64,000 nucleotides of DNA from Podarcis muralis (Eukaryota): assembly GCF_964188315.1 (NCBI RefSeq), contig NC_135668.1, positions 54,994,001-55,058,000 of the forward strand, written 5' to 3'. Shown one piece after another: positions 62,943-64,000 of the stretch (the first letter of the stretch is position 1; each line of letters starts with the position of its first letter). The notes beneath the pieces are model-generated. The model made no database searches and was not told the DNA's origin. It saw nothing but the letters and a program-made list of their open reading frames with translations. Both the position numbers and the translations under genes were made by a program.

Positions 62943-64000
62943 CAGACTGAGAGGGGGCGGACTCTTGTGAGGCTCTGGCCCCAAGTGCCTCCCTCTACGC
63001 TTCTGGGTCGGCTTGCCAGCCGCTTTCTAGGGCCACTTGGGCGTGCAGGGAGAAGGCCAGGAGAGACCATCATGCTGGCCGGGTGAAGAACAGGGAGCTG
63101 CAAGGGTCCATAAGACAGATGGCTCACTAGTCTTCACCCTAACCTGAGAGGTCACCCACTCATGAAGCAGGTCTCTCCTCCAGTGGAAACAGCAGGGCTT
63201 TCTGGAGCCTTCCGGTGCATCGCCACAGCCTGCTTTTATTGAATCTGCGTGGCTGGGAACTGGGAACCAGGCAGTTCTGCAATCCTGGGAGTGGGGGTGG
63301 AGTGACAACTAGAGTCAAGTGTTCCTTGTGGGGCTTGTAGTGTGGTGGGCGATCACAAGACAGGAGGCTGGTGTGCAGCTCTTGGCACCCTCACTCCTGT
63401 TAATGTGGGAAGAAGAAACAGGGCTGCTCAAACCCGGGAGGGGCGTGTGAATGGTAAGAGTGCAAGGGACACACCTGGGCTGGGCGGGGAGGAGAGGCGT
63501 CCTTGCTGGCCGTGGTTGGAGAAACCATGTATTGCTCAGGGAGGTGCCAACTTTCTGTGTCCTGAACTAAAAAGCTGAGCTGGAGCAGCCCAGTTCTGTT
63601 CCTCTGCCTGTAGGTGCCAAGCGAGCTCTGCCACTCTTTGCCAGGCCTGAGACTGACTTGGTCACGTGATACTGCTGAATGAAAACCTCGTGGCACTGTT
63701 GCCATTCAGCGGTGTGCATCCACCAGCCAGGTTGTTCAAGATTCTTCAACTGCTGGTGGGCTTTGGACTTGGGTGCAAGCAGGGAGATCCTGTTCTTGCA
63801 TCTTTCTCTCCACCACTTTGGGGCTACTCCCCCTGTTTTGGGGGAGCCACAATGAATGTAAAAGCCCTCAGCCAAATGACTGAGCTCTTTGCAGTCCCAG
63901 AGCTCTTAGTCCTTGTGGCCAGGCAAGAGCCCAGCACTGTTTGCTCACCTGTCTTCTGGCTCTCGCAGCTGGCACTGCTGGGCCAGGATAAGACCATGAC

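Overview
Vertebrate genomic DNA from a squamate reptile, probably a lacertid lizard (judged from the Sauria SINE, L2, CR1, Penelope and hAT/Tc1-MITE repeat profile). The window holds the alpha-globin locus and its neighbours. In order: the 3' end of a class I endogenous retrovirus (open integrase ORF, intact env, PPT, 3' LTR; 1 to about 4.8 kb); MPG (+); NPRL3 (-, 13 coding exons, 569 aa); an alphaD-type globin (+); an alphaA-type globin (+); globin Y (-); PGAP6/TMEM8A (+, 13 exons, 772 aa). I rebuilt all exon chains by hand from splice sites and reading phase. Main observations: (1) the ERV has a 12-copy 16-bp TGACAG array between pol and env, and a 16-nt copy of its PPT/LTR junction inside env; (2) an HS-40/MCS-R2-like enhancer core in NPRL3 intron 5 and a consensus CTCF site in intron 7; (3) both alpha chains are atypical (alphaD has distal His->Gln and a GC-AG intron; alphaA has a remodelled CD corner and a GATA in place of TATA); (4) no embryonic alphaE/pi gene is visible; (5) a Penelope remnant with hammerhead ribozyme cores lies just upstream of alphaA. 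No database searches were run, so family assignments rest on motifs recalled from established knowledge.
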